Assembly (NCBI GenBank): GCA_965240325.2
Contig: OZ251249.1
Span: 744,001-808,000, forward strand
Direction of reading: 5' to 3'
Length of the DNA stretch: 64,000 bases
Origin: Rebecca billardiae RCC1528
Lineage: Eukaryota > Protista > Haptophyta
The notes below the pieces were generated by a model, which saw only the letters and a list, made by a program, of their open reading frames with translations, did no database searches and had not been told where the DNA came from. The position numbers and the translations under genes are program-made. Below are positions 24,531-35,510 of this stretch, piece by piece. How positions within the stretch are numbered: the first letter of the stretch is position 1; the number at the start of each line of letters is the position of its first letter.

Positions 24531-27260
24531 GGCGGGCCGTAGGTCCGCCCCTTGTAGAGTTGTAGTGCCCGGGAAAAAGACGCCTACGTAATCTCGCCTG
24601 CCTGAGCTGTGTGCGTCTCTTATTCTTATAGTAAACTGTATATATATATAATAAAAATAAAATAAAAAATAAAGAAAATCGCCTCGCTCACTACCGGCCG
24701 CCCTCGCAGCATTGCTCCATGGCCATGCCTCCACCGTGTCCGCACGCGTTTAGCTCGCTCAGCCCTCCCCAGCGCTCCAGTAAAATCGCCAAGTGGTTTG
24801 CGCTCGCGGATTGGTGACGCGTCGACTCACGCGTGGAATCGCCCGCTCCCGCGCGCGCGGCGTGTTGCGCAGGCGAGGAGGTCGTCTCGCGTCAGCGGAC
24901 GGCGTGGCAGAGGTGCAAGAGCCCGCCCGCGCCGCCGCCGCCGCAGTGTGCCGCCCTTACCACGCCTGGCGTGCCGATGAGTCTGCCGACGCCGGCGCCG
25001 CTCACGAACGGTGGGCTTGCGCCGTTCATCGCAACCACCCGCGCGCACACTGGAGCGCGGCGTCGTCGCACGGCAAGGTCGACGGGCGGCGGTTGAAGGC
25101 GCACATCCTGGCCCCGCACTCGTGGGAGATCGCCAAGCGCGCCGCGGAGTGGGCGCTCGAGGGCACGCCGCCGTGCGTGATGGCGAATTTGGATCCGCGC
25201 ATCTCACGACGACGAGGGCGTGCGCGTGCTCCGGACCGTGCTGATCACCGAGCTGGCTCACCTGTCGCGGCTGCTGGGGTTCGGGGGGCTGGTGAAGGCG
25301 GACGCCTCGGTGGCGAGCGTGCGGGCGAGCGCGAAGAGCACCATGGACGCCGTGATCGAGACCGGGCTCTCTCGCATCACACCTAGCTCAAGCCGAGGAC
25401 GCGTGGCGGCGGCGCGAGTGAGCGGTGATGCGCAAGTGGATCGCGCCGATCAACTCGGCCGGCCGCGCGTCGATGCCAGAGGGCCGCTACCCGCCGGAGG
25501 AGCCAGCGGGCAGCGTGACGTACACGCGCTCGCTCACGATGCATGGCAAGAAGGCGGGCAAGCTGCTCAAGCAGCAGCTCCTCCGCGTGCTGCGCAAGGT
25601 GACGAAGAAGCAGCGCACGGCGGCGGCGGTGGCGGCAACGACGCGTTGAGCCGCGCGTCGTCGCTCGCTGCGCCCGGCTGCGGCCGCGGCCGCGGTGCCG
25701 CCGCAGCCGCCGCCGCGGCCGGTGGCTGCGGCCGCGGTGGCGGCGGCGGCGCGGCACGCACGGCGGGGTGGTAGCGAGCCCTGCCACGCCGGTGGACGAG
25801 GCCTCCGTGGCAGCGCGCGTCCGCTCGGCGGCTCCTTTGACCTGTCCGGCCGCGGCGCGCGGGCGATCATCACGCTGCGAGGCGACGGCTCACGGCTGCA
25901 CGCGAGCCGTCAGCAGCCGCAGCACACCCGCATGCAGCATCGAGCGAGCTGTCGAGCGCGAGGCGGGTGGGATCGCATTCGCCCGAGATATGCGCGCCGC
26001 GCGCTGTTTGGCCGTCGTAGCCAGCCGCCCACCGGCGAAGCGGCGCAGCCGGCCGGCGCGCCGATGGCCGGCGGGCCGACCGGCGCGCCGGCCGCGCCGC
26101 GCAATCGGCTCGGACTGCTCCGGCCGCGCGCCGCGTCGAGTGCCTCGGCCGCCGTGCCGCCGATTCTCTCGATGCCCGCCGCATGCGTGGGGGGCGCACC
26201 AGCACCGACTTTGCCCGGCGCATGCGTGACGACCGCCGCGCATCCGTCTGCCCCTTCGAGATCGCAACAATCTCGAAGCTCAGCTCCGCGCGGCCAGCGA
26301 GCACGCGCAGCGCAGCGGCTTTCAGGCGGCGACGGAGCGCGCTCGCAGCTCGAGGCGAGAGTGACTGAGCTATAGGGCGATCTGACGAGGTCGAGGACCA
26401 GCGCACAGGTGGCCGGGGCTGACGCTGCGCAAGGCCTACGCGCGTGACGTGCCCCTCACGCACGCTCAGCCCGTGCTCGAGGCAGCGCACGCCGCGTGCT
26501 GGTTTGGCTGCAATCGCGAGCGTGCAACGGGCGGCGCGCAGAGCTCGCCGGCGACGCGCACGCGCGCCGCCAGCAGCCCTACCGCGAGCCCGCTCACCTC
26601 GTCAGCTCGCTCATGCCGGACGGTCGGGCGACGGACGACTGCTTGGTGGCGCTGGACGCGCGTCTCTCCGGCGACAGTGGTCGGGTGGCGCGTGCCGTCG
26701 ATGCTCGTGAGCTGGTCGTACCCGCTGCTCAGCATCGGCGCGCAGACGGAGGGCGCGTTGCGGCTGGGCACAAGGACGAGGGCATGTGTCGACTCGGTGT
26801 GCTAGCGGCATGCGTCGCGCGCCGTTCACACGCCCGCGCGCGTGGTCCCGCCCATCCCATGCTCCAATGAGTGCACACGCCTCACATCCAGCGGCTGACC
26901 AGGTGCCCATCGCGACTGCCCAGTCGAGCTGCTCGCCCGGCTCGCCGCTCGCGACCGGCCGCTCGATCGGCTCGAGCGCGCGCGCGTGCGCGCGCCGCGC
27001 GCGCACGATGCCGACTGCGACTCTGGGGCCGGGGGAGGCGACCGTCAACCTGTTCGTGTGGCTCGGAGTGCAGTACGCGCTCCGCCGAGCACGTCGGCGA
27101 TGGCTGGTGGCGCGCGGCTGAGTGCTGCTCGTCACAGCCGGCCGCTGCGGGCGACGTGACTATAAATCCGAATTTCCGGACAGGTTACCGTGACGCGCTT
27201 AATTTTTTTGATGATAAAATTTTCTTTCTGGATCAGGCTGTCATGGAGGCCCCTATAGCA
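24531..27260. mobile_element. Degenerate or non-autonomous element sharing the left terminus of the Helitron-like element at 33235
   Basis: 24531-24710 matches 33235-33383 and 33879-33913; flanked by short TA runs (24515-24527, 27262-27274); interior has frameshifted ORF remnants. Right boundary inferred only from the TA run. Confidence 0.55.
24978..25649 (+). pseudogene. Frameshifted unknown coding remnant
   Basis: Protein-like segments in successive frames (KVDGRRLKAHILAPHSWEIAK / VRVLRTVLITELAHLSRLLGF / MRKWIAPINSAG...KLLKQQLLRVLRK). Confidence 0.4.
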
Positions 27261-27496
27261 GATATATATATATAGACGATATCAGATATCGAGACGAGAG
27301 AGAGTAGACGACGGAGAGAGAGAGATAGTCGGACGAGACTCGACGGAGCAGTCAGCAGAGAGCCCGGCATCGGCGGGGCCGCGCGCACTCGCTGCCGAGT
27401 GGCGCCGACGGCCACGGTATCAGCATCGTCTACTGATATCGATATCGGATCGTCGTCATCGTCATGCGCGGGCTATGGCAGCTGAGCATGCCGCAG

Positions 27497-28952
27497 CTAG
27501 CCGTCGCCGTCGCCGTCGCCGTCGCCGCCACCGCCGCCGCCACCGCACCCACCTCCACCACCTCCACCACCGCCTCCATCACCGCCTCCACCGCCTCCAC
27601 CGCCTCCACCGCCGCACGCGGCACCGCCAACGCAGCCACCGCCACTGCCGCATGCCCCAGCGCAGCCGCCAGCGCGGCCGTAGCCGTGCCGCAGGTAGTA
27701 CTCGTCCTCACTGAGCTCAGAGTCAAGCCGGTAGCCGGAGGGAGTGGCATGGGCAAAGCCAGTAGGCTGCGCGGAAGCTCCGAAAGGCTGCAGCCGTCCG
27801 GTGGGAAGGAGGTCAGGGCTGGGGGGGAAGGCACGCCGCACGGCCCATTGCACTGACAGGCAGGTAGGAGCGCAAATGCCGAACAACGCCGCGGCGACAA
27901 ACACGACAGTAGGTAGCTGAGGTATGCCCGAAGCGCCTGCGAAGGAGCTGTAGATCTGGTCGGCGGCTACGGCAAGCAGGACGGAGGCGATGACGCTGGG
28001 AACGATCGCCAATAGCATAAAAACGAGTTTGCGTGCCTGATTCCCGGCATAGATCACGTTGCGGATGTCCACCGGCACGACAAAAAGCGGAGTGGCGCCG
28101 GCTGCGAAGGCCGCTCGAGTGTCGGGGAGCACAAATGACGCACGCAGCTGCTTGCCTTCCGTGGGTGCCACGCCGAATACCCTCCAACCACCTGCGCACG
28201 AGCGAGCAGCAGCGAGGTGCGGCACAGCGCGCCACGGTCGGTGCGGTGCGTTAGTGCGTACGCACGCACAGAGCGTTCTCAGCCAGCAGGCCATCGGCCC
28301 TCCACGCACGTCCGTGGCCCCACACATCGCAGGCGCGAACACAGCCCAAGCAGCGCGCCTAGCTGGAGTCGCACTCTGCAGGTGGAGGGCGCGCGCGGGC
28401 GCGGCGCCCACCACGCGCAAAGGTGCTGTAGTCGTAGGAGAATGAGACGCGGTCTCCGGGTTGCGCTTCATTCGGCGGCAGCTGGACCACGAAGTACGCC
28501 ACATGGGGAAGCGAGGGCCTGCCAAACGGCGGCGGCGTCTCGACGCCGACGGCGTTGGTCTCGTGTCGGCGCTCCTGTGCTAGCTTGAGCGTGGGCTGCA
28601 CGTAGAGCGCGAGGCCGAGCGGCGTCTGCACGAGAGGTGAGACGTCTCGAGGCGCGGCGGAGGCTTGGGCGGCACTCGGTTCGGCTGGCACGGCGGCGGT
28701 GGGCGCAATGAGAATGCGAAGCGATTGGAGCATCCCGGCGTCGGATGGCTTGTCTGGCGGCGTTGACGGCACCGCAGCGGCCGTGAAAGCCGCCGCTGGC
28801 GGCACGGCATTGGCCGCGACCACAGGCTCGGCGTGTTCGGCCTCGCTCGGCGGCGCCGATCGGAAGGTCGCGATGCGATAGATGGCGTACGCAGTCACCA
28901 GAAGGACGAGGATGCCCGGGACGAGCACGGCGATGCCCACGATGAGCGACAT
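27497..28952 (-). CDS. Hypothetical membrane protein with Gly/Cys-rich tail (2 exons)
   Basis: N-terminal TM (MSLIVGIAVLVPGILVLLV); a phase-1 GT-AG intron at 28414-28192 joins the ORFs; two further TM helices; GGCAGACG..GGG tail. Confidence 0.6.
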
Positions 28953-30357
28953 GCTCTTGCGCTCGTGAGAGGGGCGGCGGTGGGCTTCTGATGCGGGAAT
29001 CTCAGTCGCGCCCACCAGAGATGGATGCGCAGGTGCCGCCGAAAACAAAGTAGTAGTACTTAACTATAATTATCAGTGTGATTAACGAATGGCGGAGTTG
29101 ATCCGGAGAGTGCACCACTGCTCACCAGAGTACCGGACCATAAAAATGAAAAGAATGATGGTCATCGTCCTTTGCTTTGAGATTGCACCAGGTCCGGCTC
29201 CCAAGCACTCCGGCGCCTTGGAGCGGTGCATAGAACCAGATCCCGAATTCTCAGCATCATAATATTTGTCGTTCTCATGAACGAGCACACACGCGTGCGC
29301 ACTGCGCAGCTCCTTCTCATTTATGATACTAATACACCAGGGGTTCATCAAATCAATGTTCGAACTTCGAACCAGGGTAGTTTCCTAGTTCTGAAGCAAT
29401 CATCACGCGAAGCTCTAATCTCGTATGATTATCGCTGACGAGTATCTGCTCTTTGATATTGGCCGAAGATACGCTACTGTCTATAACGCGTCATCATCCT
29501 TATTCCGACCACAAACTCGAAAGTGCGATCCTCATCGCTTAGCGACGGAGGCGCTGCTCAGCAATCAGAAACAGCGGGGGCCTGGCGGCCTTGTCCCGGT
29601 GGGGCTGGTCGAACACAGCGCGTCTAGGACGCGAGGGAGAAGCTGGTTAGGGCCGGCAGACCCGACGACGATGGGACGAGTTGGCCGTTCAGCGCTGACT
29701 AACGGGATCATCCGGTGGCGCGCCGCAGTGACCGAGTCGCGCGTGCGATTAAGCCAGCGGCGCGGCAGCGCGGCACTTCTGCAAGGCCCACCGAGGCGCA
29801 CGGCGAGGCGCGCGTCGATGCAGCCGTCGCTGAGCACGGCCCGTCGGGCACGACGTGGTACGAGCGGCTCGCGTCGGTGTGCATGTTGTGTTGTGCAGCT
29901 CGCGCCGGCGGGCACGCACCTCCGCGATGGCGCCGCGAGCCGCGGGCGGCGCGGGTGACGGCTCGAAGGCCGCGCCCGTTCAGATGACGAGCCAGGGCGA
30001 GTAATAGTCGGGCATGTCGGCGAGTGGGTGGCTTATAGTAGGCTTGTGGTACGAGCTTCTCCATGAGGCCGTTCATGCACGTCATCTGATGCGGTTGCGG
30101 CTGCTTGATCGCCGCCCACGTGCCGCTGGATCTCCGCCAGATCCGCGGCGCAGTTCCTCGGCTTCCTCGCGACGCCGACGATGGCATCTGGCGCTGGGTT
30201 CGGCGAAGGCCCGCGCGGAAAGCTGATCCTCGTCGCACACGTGTGTGCGCGAGTGCGAGTGCCGGCAGCGTCGTCGAGCCACGCCGGCTGAGCGCCATAT
30301 TGCGGGCCTGCTGCGCTAGTACTAGTAGGCAGCACCCGGTCGGCTCACGCGGATTAT

Positions 30358-30563
<206 letters not shown>

Positions 30564-31046
30564 GGGTTATTGGTACAATAACTGATTGTCTAAGATCGAG
30601 GACAACAAGAACGCCGGGCGCCAGCGCCGCTCATCAGCCACATCGCCCTCTACCAGACCATCGCCTCAAAGGGCGCTGCTCCCGGACAAATTAACAGTCT
30701 GTCCGGGTTTTTCTGCCGCCCAGGAGATCGGTTTCCGGCGCCGGCCTCTGCCGCCTGCTTCGCCAGGCGCGGCGTGCAAGGTGGCTCCAGCCAAGCTCGT
30801 CCTGCGTCGCCGGCGGCGGCGGCTCGCACGCGGGTGGCGCGTCGCGTGCACCGACCAACATCCGTTTATTCGGCAAGCATGCCCACCGCCGCATCTGCCT
30901 GCCGCTCGCCAAGGCATGACGGGACACGTAGATCCCACTGAGTATAGGAACACACGCAGCCGCCTCGGCACTCGACATGCCAGGCGGCGTGCCCACCTTC
31001 TGCCAGCAGTTGGCGTCGGCGTTCACGAGGACGGCTAGCAGACAGC

Positions 31047-31088
31047 ATATATACATATATATATATATGTATACATATATATGTATAC

Positions 31089-31166
<78 letters not shown>
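31047..31166. repeat. Imperfect (AT)n microsatellite
   Basis: AT run with GTATAC/AC interruptions. Confidence 0.97.
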
Positions 31167-33024
31167 CAGTGGGCTGGTCCCACTGGCGGAGCAGAAATTC
31201 AAAACTATCTGACGATCGGCGCGGTCTCAGCGACTCGGAACAAACGGGGTGCGACAGACTAGCGCCGGCGGGGTATGCGCCGGCGTCTGAGCTCACCAGC
31301 GCGACTTCAGCAAAGCGCGCGGACGAAAATCAGCTCTCCGGGAGGGCCCCTGGCCTGCGCGGGGTCGCGGTCGCGGCGCCGGGCGCGGGGATGCTGTCAG
31401 CTTCCGAGCCCGTACAGCTCGTCGCGCGCGCTCGGGGTGCGCGAGGCGACGCGGTACGACGGTGGCGTGGACCACCACCTCACGCCTCGCTGCGTCGTCA
31501 GCGTGTACAGCCCACCGCTGCCACTAGCGCCAATGTGAATGGCACTGCTCGGAACAGCTCGATGCGTCGCGCGTTGTCGTTTGCGTCGACTCGTCGCTCG
31601 GCCGGAGGTGCAGCTGACGCGCTCGCCGAAGCAGCACCGCAGACCCCGCTCGATGGTGTGCGCGGCGTGAAGTTCGCACCGAACGTCTTCTTGTGGCGAG
31701 ATGCGCACCGCCCGCCGCAGCGCCCGCCGCTGCCGAGCCGGCCGCCGCTGCGGCCGCCGCGCCGGCTGCCGCCGCCGCGACCGCCGTCGCTGCGCCATCA
31801 GCCGGCCCGGTGCTGCCGCACTCGCCGGGCGACCCCTCGAAGATGCGCGCAGCGTGACGTGCGCGGCGAGTAACTCCTCGTCGCGAGATGCGCTCCACCC
31901 GCCGTCGCGCCGGCCGCCGCGGCGTCCGCCGCCGCGGCGTCTTAGCCACCGCGCCGCCCCGGCTACAGTGCCGCGCCAGCGCGGCAGGCGCAGCGCCCAA
32001 CCGCTGCGGCGCCCGCCCGGCTGTCACGCCCGCATTCAGCAGGCCCGGTGCTGCCGCGCTCGCCGGGCGACGAATCGATATCGCGCGCGGCGTGACGTGC
32101 GCGCCGAGTGACTCCTCGTCGCGAGATGCGCTCTGCCAGCAGCCGCGCCCGCCACCGCGTCCGCTGCTGCACTCGCCCCCGCGCCCCGGGATGCCACCGC
32201 GCCCGCGCCCGACCGTCACGCCCGCCGTCAGCAGGCCCGATGCTGCCACGCTGGCCGGGCGCCGCGGTGGTCGCGGCGTTTGATGCCGTCGCAGACGGCG
32301 TGCGAAGCGCGGCGTCGGTACCCGCCCACCCTGCACGATGTTGCCGCGCTGCAACCTCAGCTTGATCGCTGACTCCACGCTGAGAGCTCGCGAAGAGACA
32401 GCCCACCCGCACAGTGGCAGTCTTCGCCCAGGAGCGCCGTATGCGTAGCGGTGGGTGCGGAACGTGGCGCTCGACTTCTCCTCGGCGTCCGAGTCCTGCA
32501 TCTGCTCCTGCACCAGCCCCTCCCATTCTGCGCGCGGGCGCGGAGTCGGTGGCCGCGCCGCACGATGTCGACGCGAGGGGCGCCGCAGCAGATGTCAGGT
32601 ATGGTGACCGCGCTTCCGGCGGGCGTTTTCAAGCGGAACTTCTGGAACGCGTTGCTCATTGAAACTCGTGCGGAACCACCGTGCCCGATTTTGCACCCCG
32701 CGGACGCACGGTCGGCGCGCCGCGCGAGCGCGCACCAGCGCGGGCACCCGGCTTGTGCCTCTGGTCGTGGAGCCAGTCGCCACGATTCGGCGGCGCCTTG
32801 AGCTTGCGCGCGTCCGCAATCGCCCAGGTTCGCCTCACAACTCGTGGTGCTCACTTCCCCGCCGGCTCACGCGGCGGACTTGCATTCGCCTCGCGCCACA
32901 GCGCCCGCGCCTCCTCGTGGGGGCGGCTTCGAAGCCGCCGCCGCCGTCCGCCGCGCAACCGCCGAAGCTTCGCCAAAACTCCGGTCCGTTGTTTTGCAGG
33001 TCCCCCAGTGAGACCCGCCCACTG
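31167..33024. mobile_element. 1858-bp TIR element flanked by TA (Tc1/mariner-like ends, apparently non-autonomous)
   Basis: TA|CAGTGGGCTGGTCCCACTGGCGGA at left versus reverse-complement CAGTGGGCGGGTCTCACTGGGGGA at right (21/24 identical); embedded in (TA)n; no transposase motif seen. Confidence 0.8.
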
Positions 33025-33138
<114 letters not shown>

Positions 33139-34334
33139 CGGATATCATCAGCAGTACGACCGAGTCCGAGAGTCCGAGACCACCCGTACAGTTCTAAGTG
33201 ATCGCTCGTATGCGCGCGGTGTGTAGTATATTATGGCGGGCCGTAGGTCCGCCCCTTGTAGTGCCCGGGAAAAAGATAAGAAAAAGAAAAAGGAAAAAGA
33301 AAATCGCCTCGCAAAGAAAAGAAAATCGCCTCGCTCACTGCCCAGGCCGGGTCGCTTCGCTCACTACCGGGCGCCCTCGCAGCTCCCACTGGGGACGCTC
33401 GGCCGAAAACCATCTTGGTTATGGCGCGGAGCGCGTGGGCGGCGCGCGCCAAATCCAACGCCAGCGCGGACATCGCGCGAGGATTCCCGAGACGTGTTTT
33501 CGCCCGATTCGCGATTGCTGCCCTCGTCGTCTCGCGTGCAGGTCGAACGAGGGCCAAAGTCGACGCGTTTGGAGGCACGCTCGGCGCGTCGACACGATCG
33601 TGCGACCTGGGGCGGTCCTCGCTTGACTTGCACGTCGAGCGCTCGCACCGGCCATAGCATCAAGCGCTGCGCACGATGGCCGCCTCGCGCGATCCACCGT
33701 CGCGCGTCGAGCTCGGTACGAAAGGCCCTCATCAAGAGGCGTCTCGCGGGCGGGAAGCGCCATCGCACGCGACGCAAGCTTTGGCGCGGCCTCTGAACAC
33801 CATAACCGGAATGCACACACCGGACTGTCGCGTGCCCCGGTTGGCAAGGTCGGGCGCATGCAAATCCGTTTGCTACTGTCGCCTGCCTGAGCTGTGTGCG
33901 TCTCTTATTCTTAGTATGATCGATTTTTCGATGTTCGGATGGTCCAGGTCTTCCACAGCCCAGGCTCCCCCCAGTACAACCGGCACGACCCGCTGCACAT
34001 TGAGGTGCTACCCTGGCCCCAAGTGGCCACCAGGCTGGCAGCGGGCGCACTCGGACAGACCAGGGTCATCTCTCACTGGAGAGGCCATTACAGGACCACA
34101 GTCCCAAGGGCACTGCCAGGTCAGGCCCACTGAGGCCACTGGCCCGCAGGCGGAACTCAGGCTGGCCAGAGGCCCCTGCTGGGGAGGGTGGGGGAACTGC
34201 CCAAGCGCGCGCGCGGGGGGCGGGGGGGGGGGGGGGGAGGGGGAGGAGGAGGAGGAGGAGGACGAGCTCAACCAGAACCACCAGGCCCAGCAGAGACACG
34301 ACCATCCCCCACAAGTACCGGAACCAGTCCCCGA

Positions 34335-34548
34335 CGGCGAGACCAACTACTACTAACTTCGGCGAGTCCAACTACTACCTAACTTCGGCGAGTCCAACTA
34401 CTACTAACTTCGGCGAGTCCAACTACTACTAACTTCGGGGAGTCCAACTACTACTACTAACTCCGGCGAGTCCAACTACTACTAACTTCGGCGAGTCCAA
34501 CTACTGCTAACTCCGGCGAGTCCAACTACTATACTAACTTCGGCGAGA
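34335..34548. repeat. ~25-bp tandem array (CGGCGAGTCCAACTACTACTAACTT) x8 plus a partial copy
   Basis: Eight units of 25-28 bp, varying mainly in the CTA run; ends 1 bp before the ATG at 34550. Confidence 0.95.
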
Positions 34549-34549
34549 T

Positions 34550-35170
34550 ATGGCTCCGGCTTCGGTTTGCCGCCACTTCGTGGCGCGGGGCAACACGGCG
34601 CTGGACACCGAGCTGTGCGTGTACGCCGGCGCGCTGCCAGTGCTGCGTGCCCTCGCTGCGGTGCAGTGCATGGCCGTGCTCGGCCGCACTAACCTGCAGC
34701 TGCTCGAGTCCGCAGCGCTTCTCGTGCGGAGGCATCCGCAGCTTGCTGCGCGCATCGGCTTTGCCTCCGGCTCACCCTTCGCGCAAGTTCACCAGGAGCG
34801 CGGCGCCGAGATCGTGCACGCCCTCGCTCTCATATGTGAGGGCGAGCCCGCTGCTCCTGATGCGCAGGATCTGCGTCGGATCGCGGCGCGCGTGCGCGCT
34901 GGCGTGCCCTGGAGGGCGGCCGTGCTCGCCGAGGCGCACGACGCAGACGCGCGCGGTCTGCAGACTGGCTCATGCGTGCGGTGGAATGCAGCAGTCTCGG
35001 TGATCACGACGCTGGGCCCTCGGGATGCCCTGCGTGCCGCCACGCTGAGCACTAGGCATGGCCGTGCCCGCCACGGAAGCCTCCATCGTGTTCTCGACTG
35101 TGCACAGCGCAAAAGGGTTGTTGAGGCAGCGGCAGGACCGTACTTAGTGTACACGATGGCGGCGGACTAG
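34550..35170 (+). CDS. Orphan 206-aa accessory ORF inside the Helitron-like element
   Basis: ATG-to-TAG ORF with globular, helix-like composition, unlike the Arg/Pro-rich shadow ORFs; no motif recognised. Confidence 0.55.
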   Translation: MAPASVCRHFVARGNTALDTELCVYAGALPVLRALAAVQCMAVLGRTNLQLLESAALLVRRHPQLAARIGFASGSPFAQVHQERGAEIVHALALICEGEPAAPDAQDLRRIAARVRAGVPWRAAVLAEAHDADARGLQTGSCVRWNAAVSVITTLGPRDALRAATLSTRHGRARHGSLHRVLDCAQRKRVVEAAAGPYLVYTMAAD

Positions 35171-35510
35171 ACAGCCGCCCCCCGCGAGTTGCGCGTGCGC
35201 ACGGTGCGGTCGGACCGACGCACCCTTCGTGGCGCCGACGTAGGGCCTACACGCCGCTCATTAGACGCCACCTGAGACGTTCGGCCCGATGCCCCCGCGC
35301 GAGCACTTCGCTAACGGGTGACTGATCGTGCGCCCGTCCGGTCGAGTGGCGTCGAGTGACATGTCACCAGCTCAGTCGCACGCGAGCAGCCACGCAGCTT
35401 GGCGCGTGACTGTCGGCGCGATGCACTCGCGCCAGCACTTGGCTAACGAGAGCACCACACCGTCGGCCGTCGCCGGCCCCGCAAAGCGCCCGCGTCGCGG
35501 CCTGTGCCCC

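Noticed and set aside
26930-27050. Homology of the decayed ORF (GSPLA, ATLGPGEA) to the 206-aa orphan (GSPFA, TTLGPRDA)
   Set aside because: Only two short word matches with inconsistent spacing; too weak without an alignment statistic.
31200-33000. Transposase within the 1858-bp TIR element
   Set aside because: No DDE/DDD, HTH or HUH motifs are visible, and the ORFs are short and interrupted.
33235-33262. Canonical Helitron 3' end (hairpin + CTRR) on the + strand
   Set aside because: The hairpin is followed by CCTTGTAG rather than CTRR, and homology with the 24531 copy continues to the right, so the element interior lies to the right.
34335-34548. CRISPR-like array
   Set aside because: Units are contiguous with no unique spacers, no cas-like ORF is nearby, and the context is eukaryotic. 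The same applies to 46137-46243.
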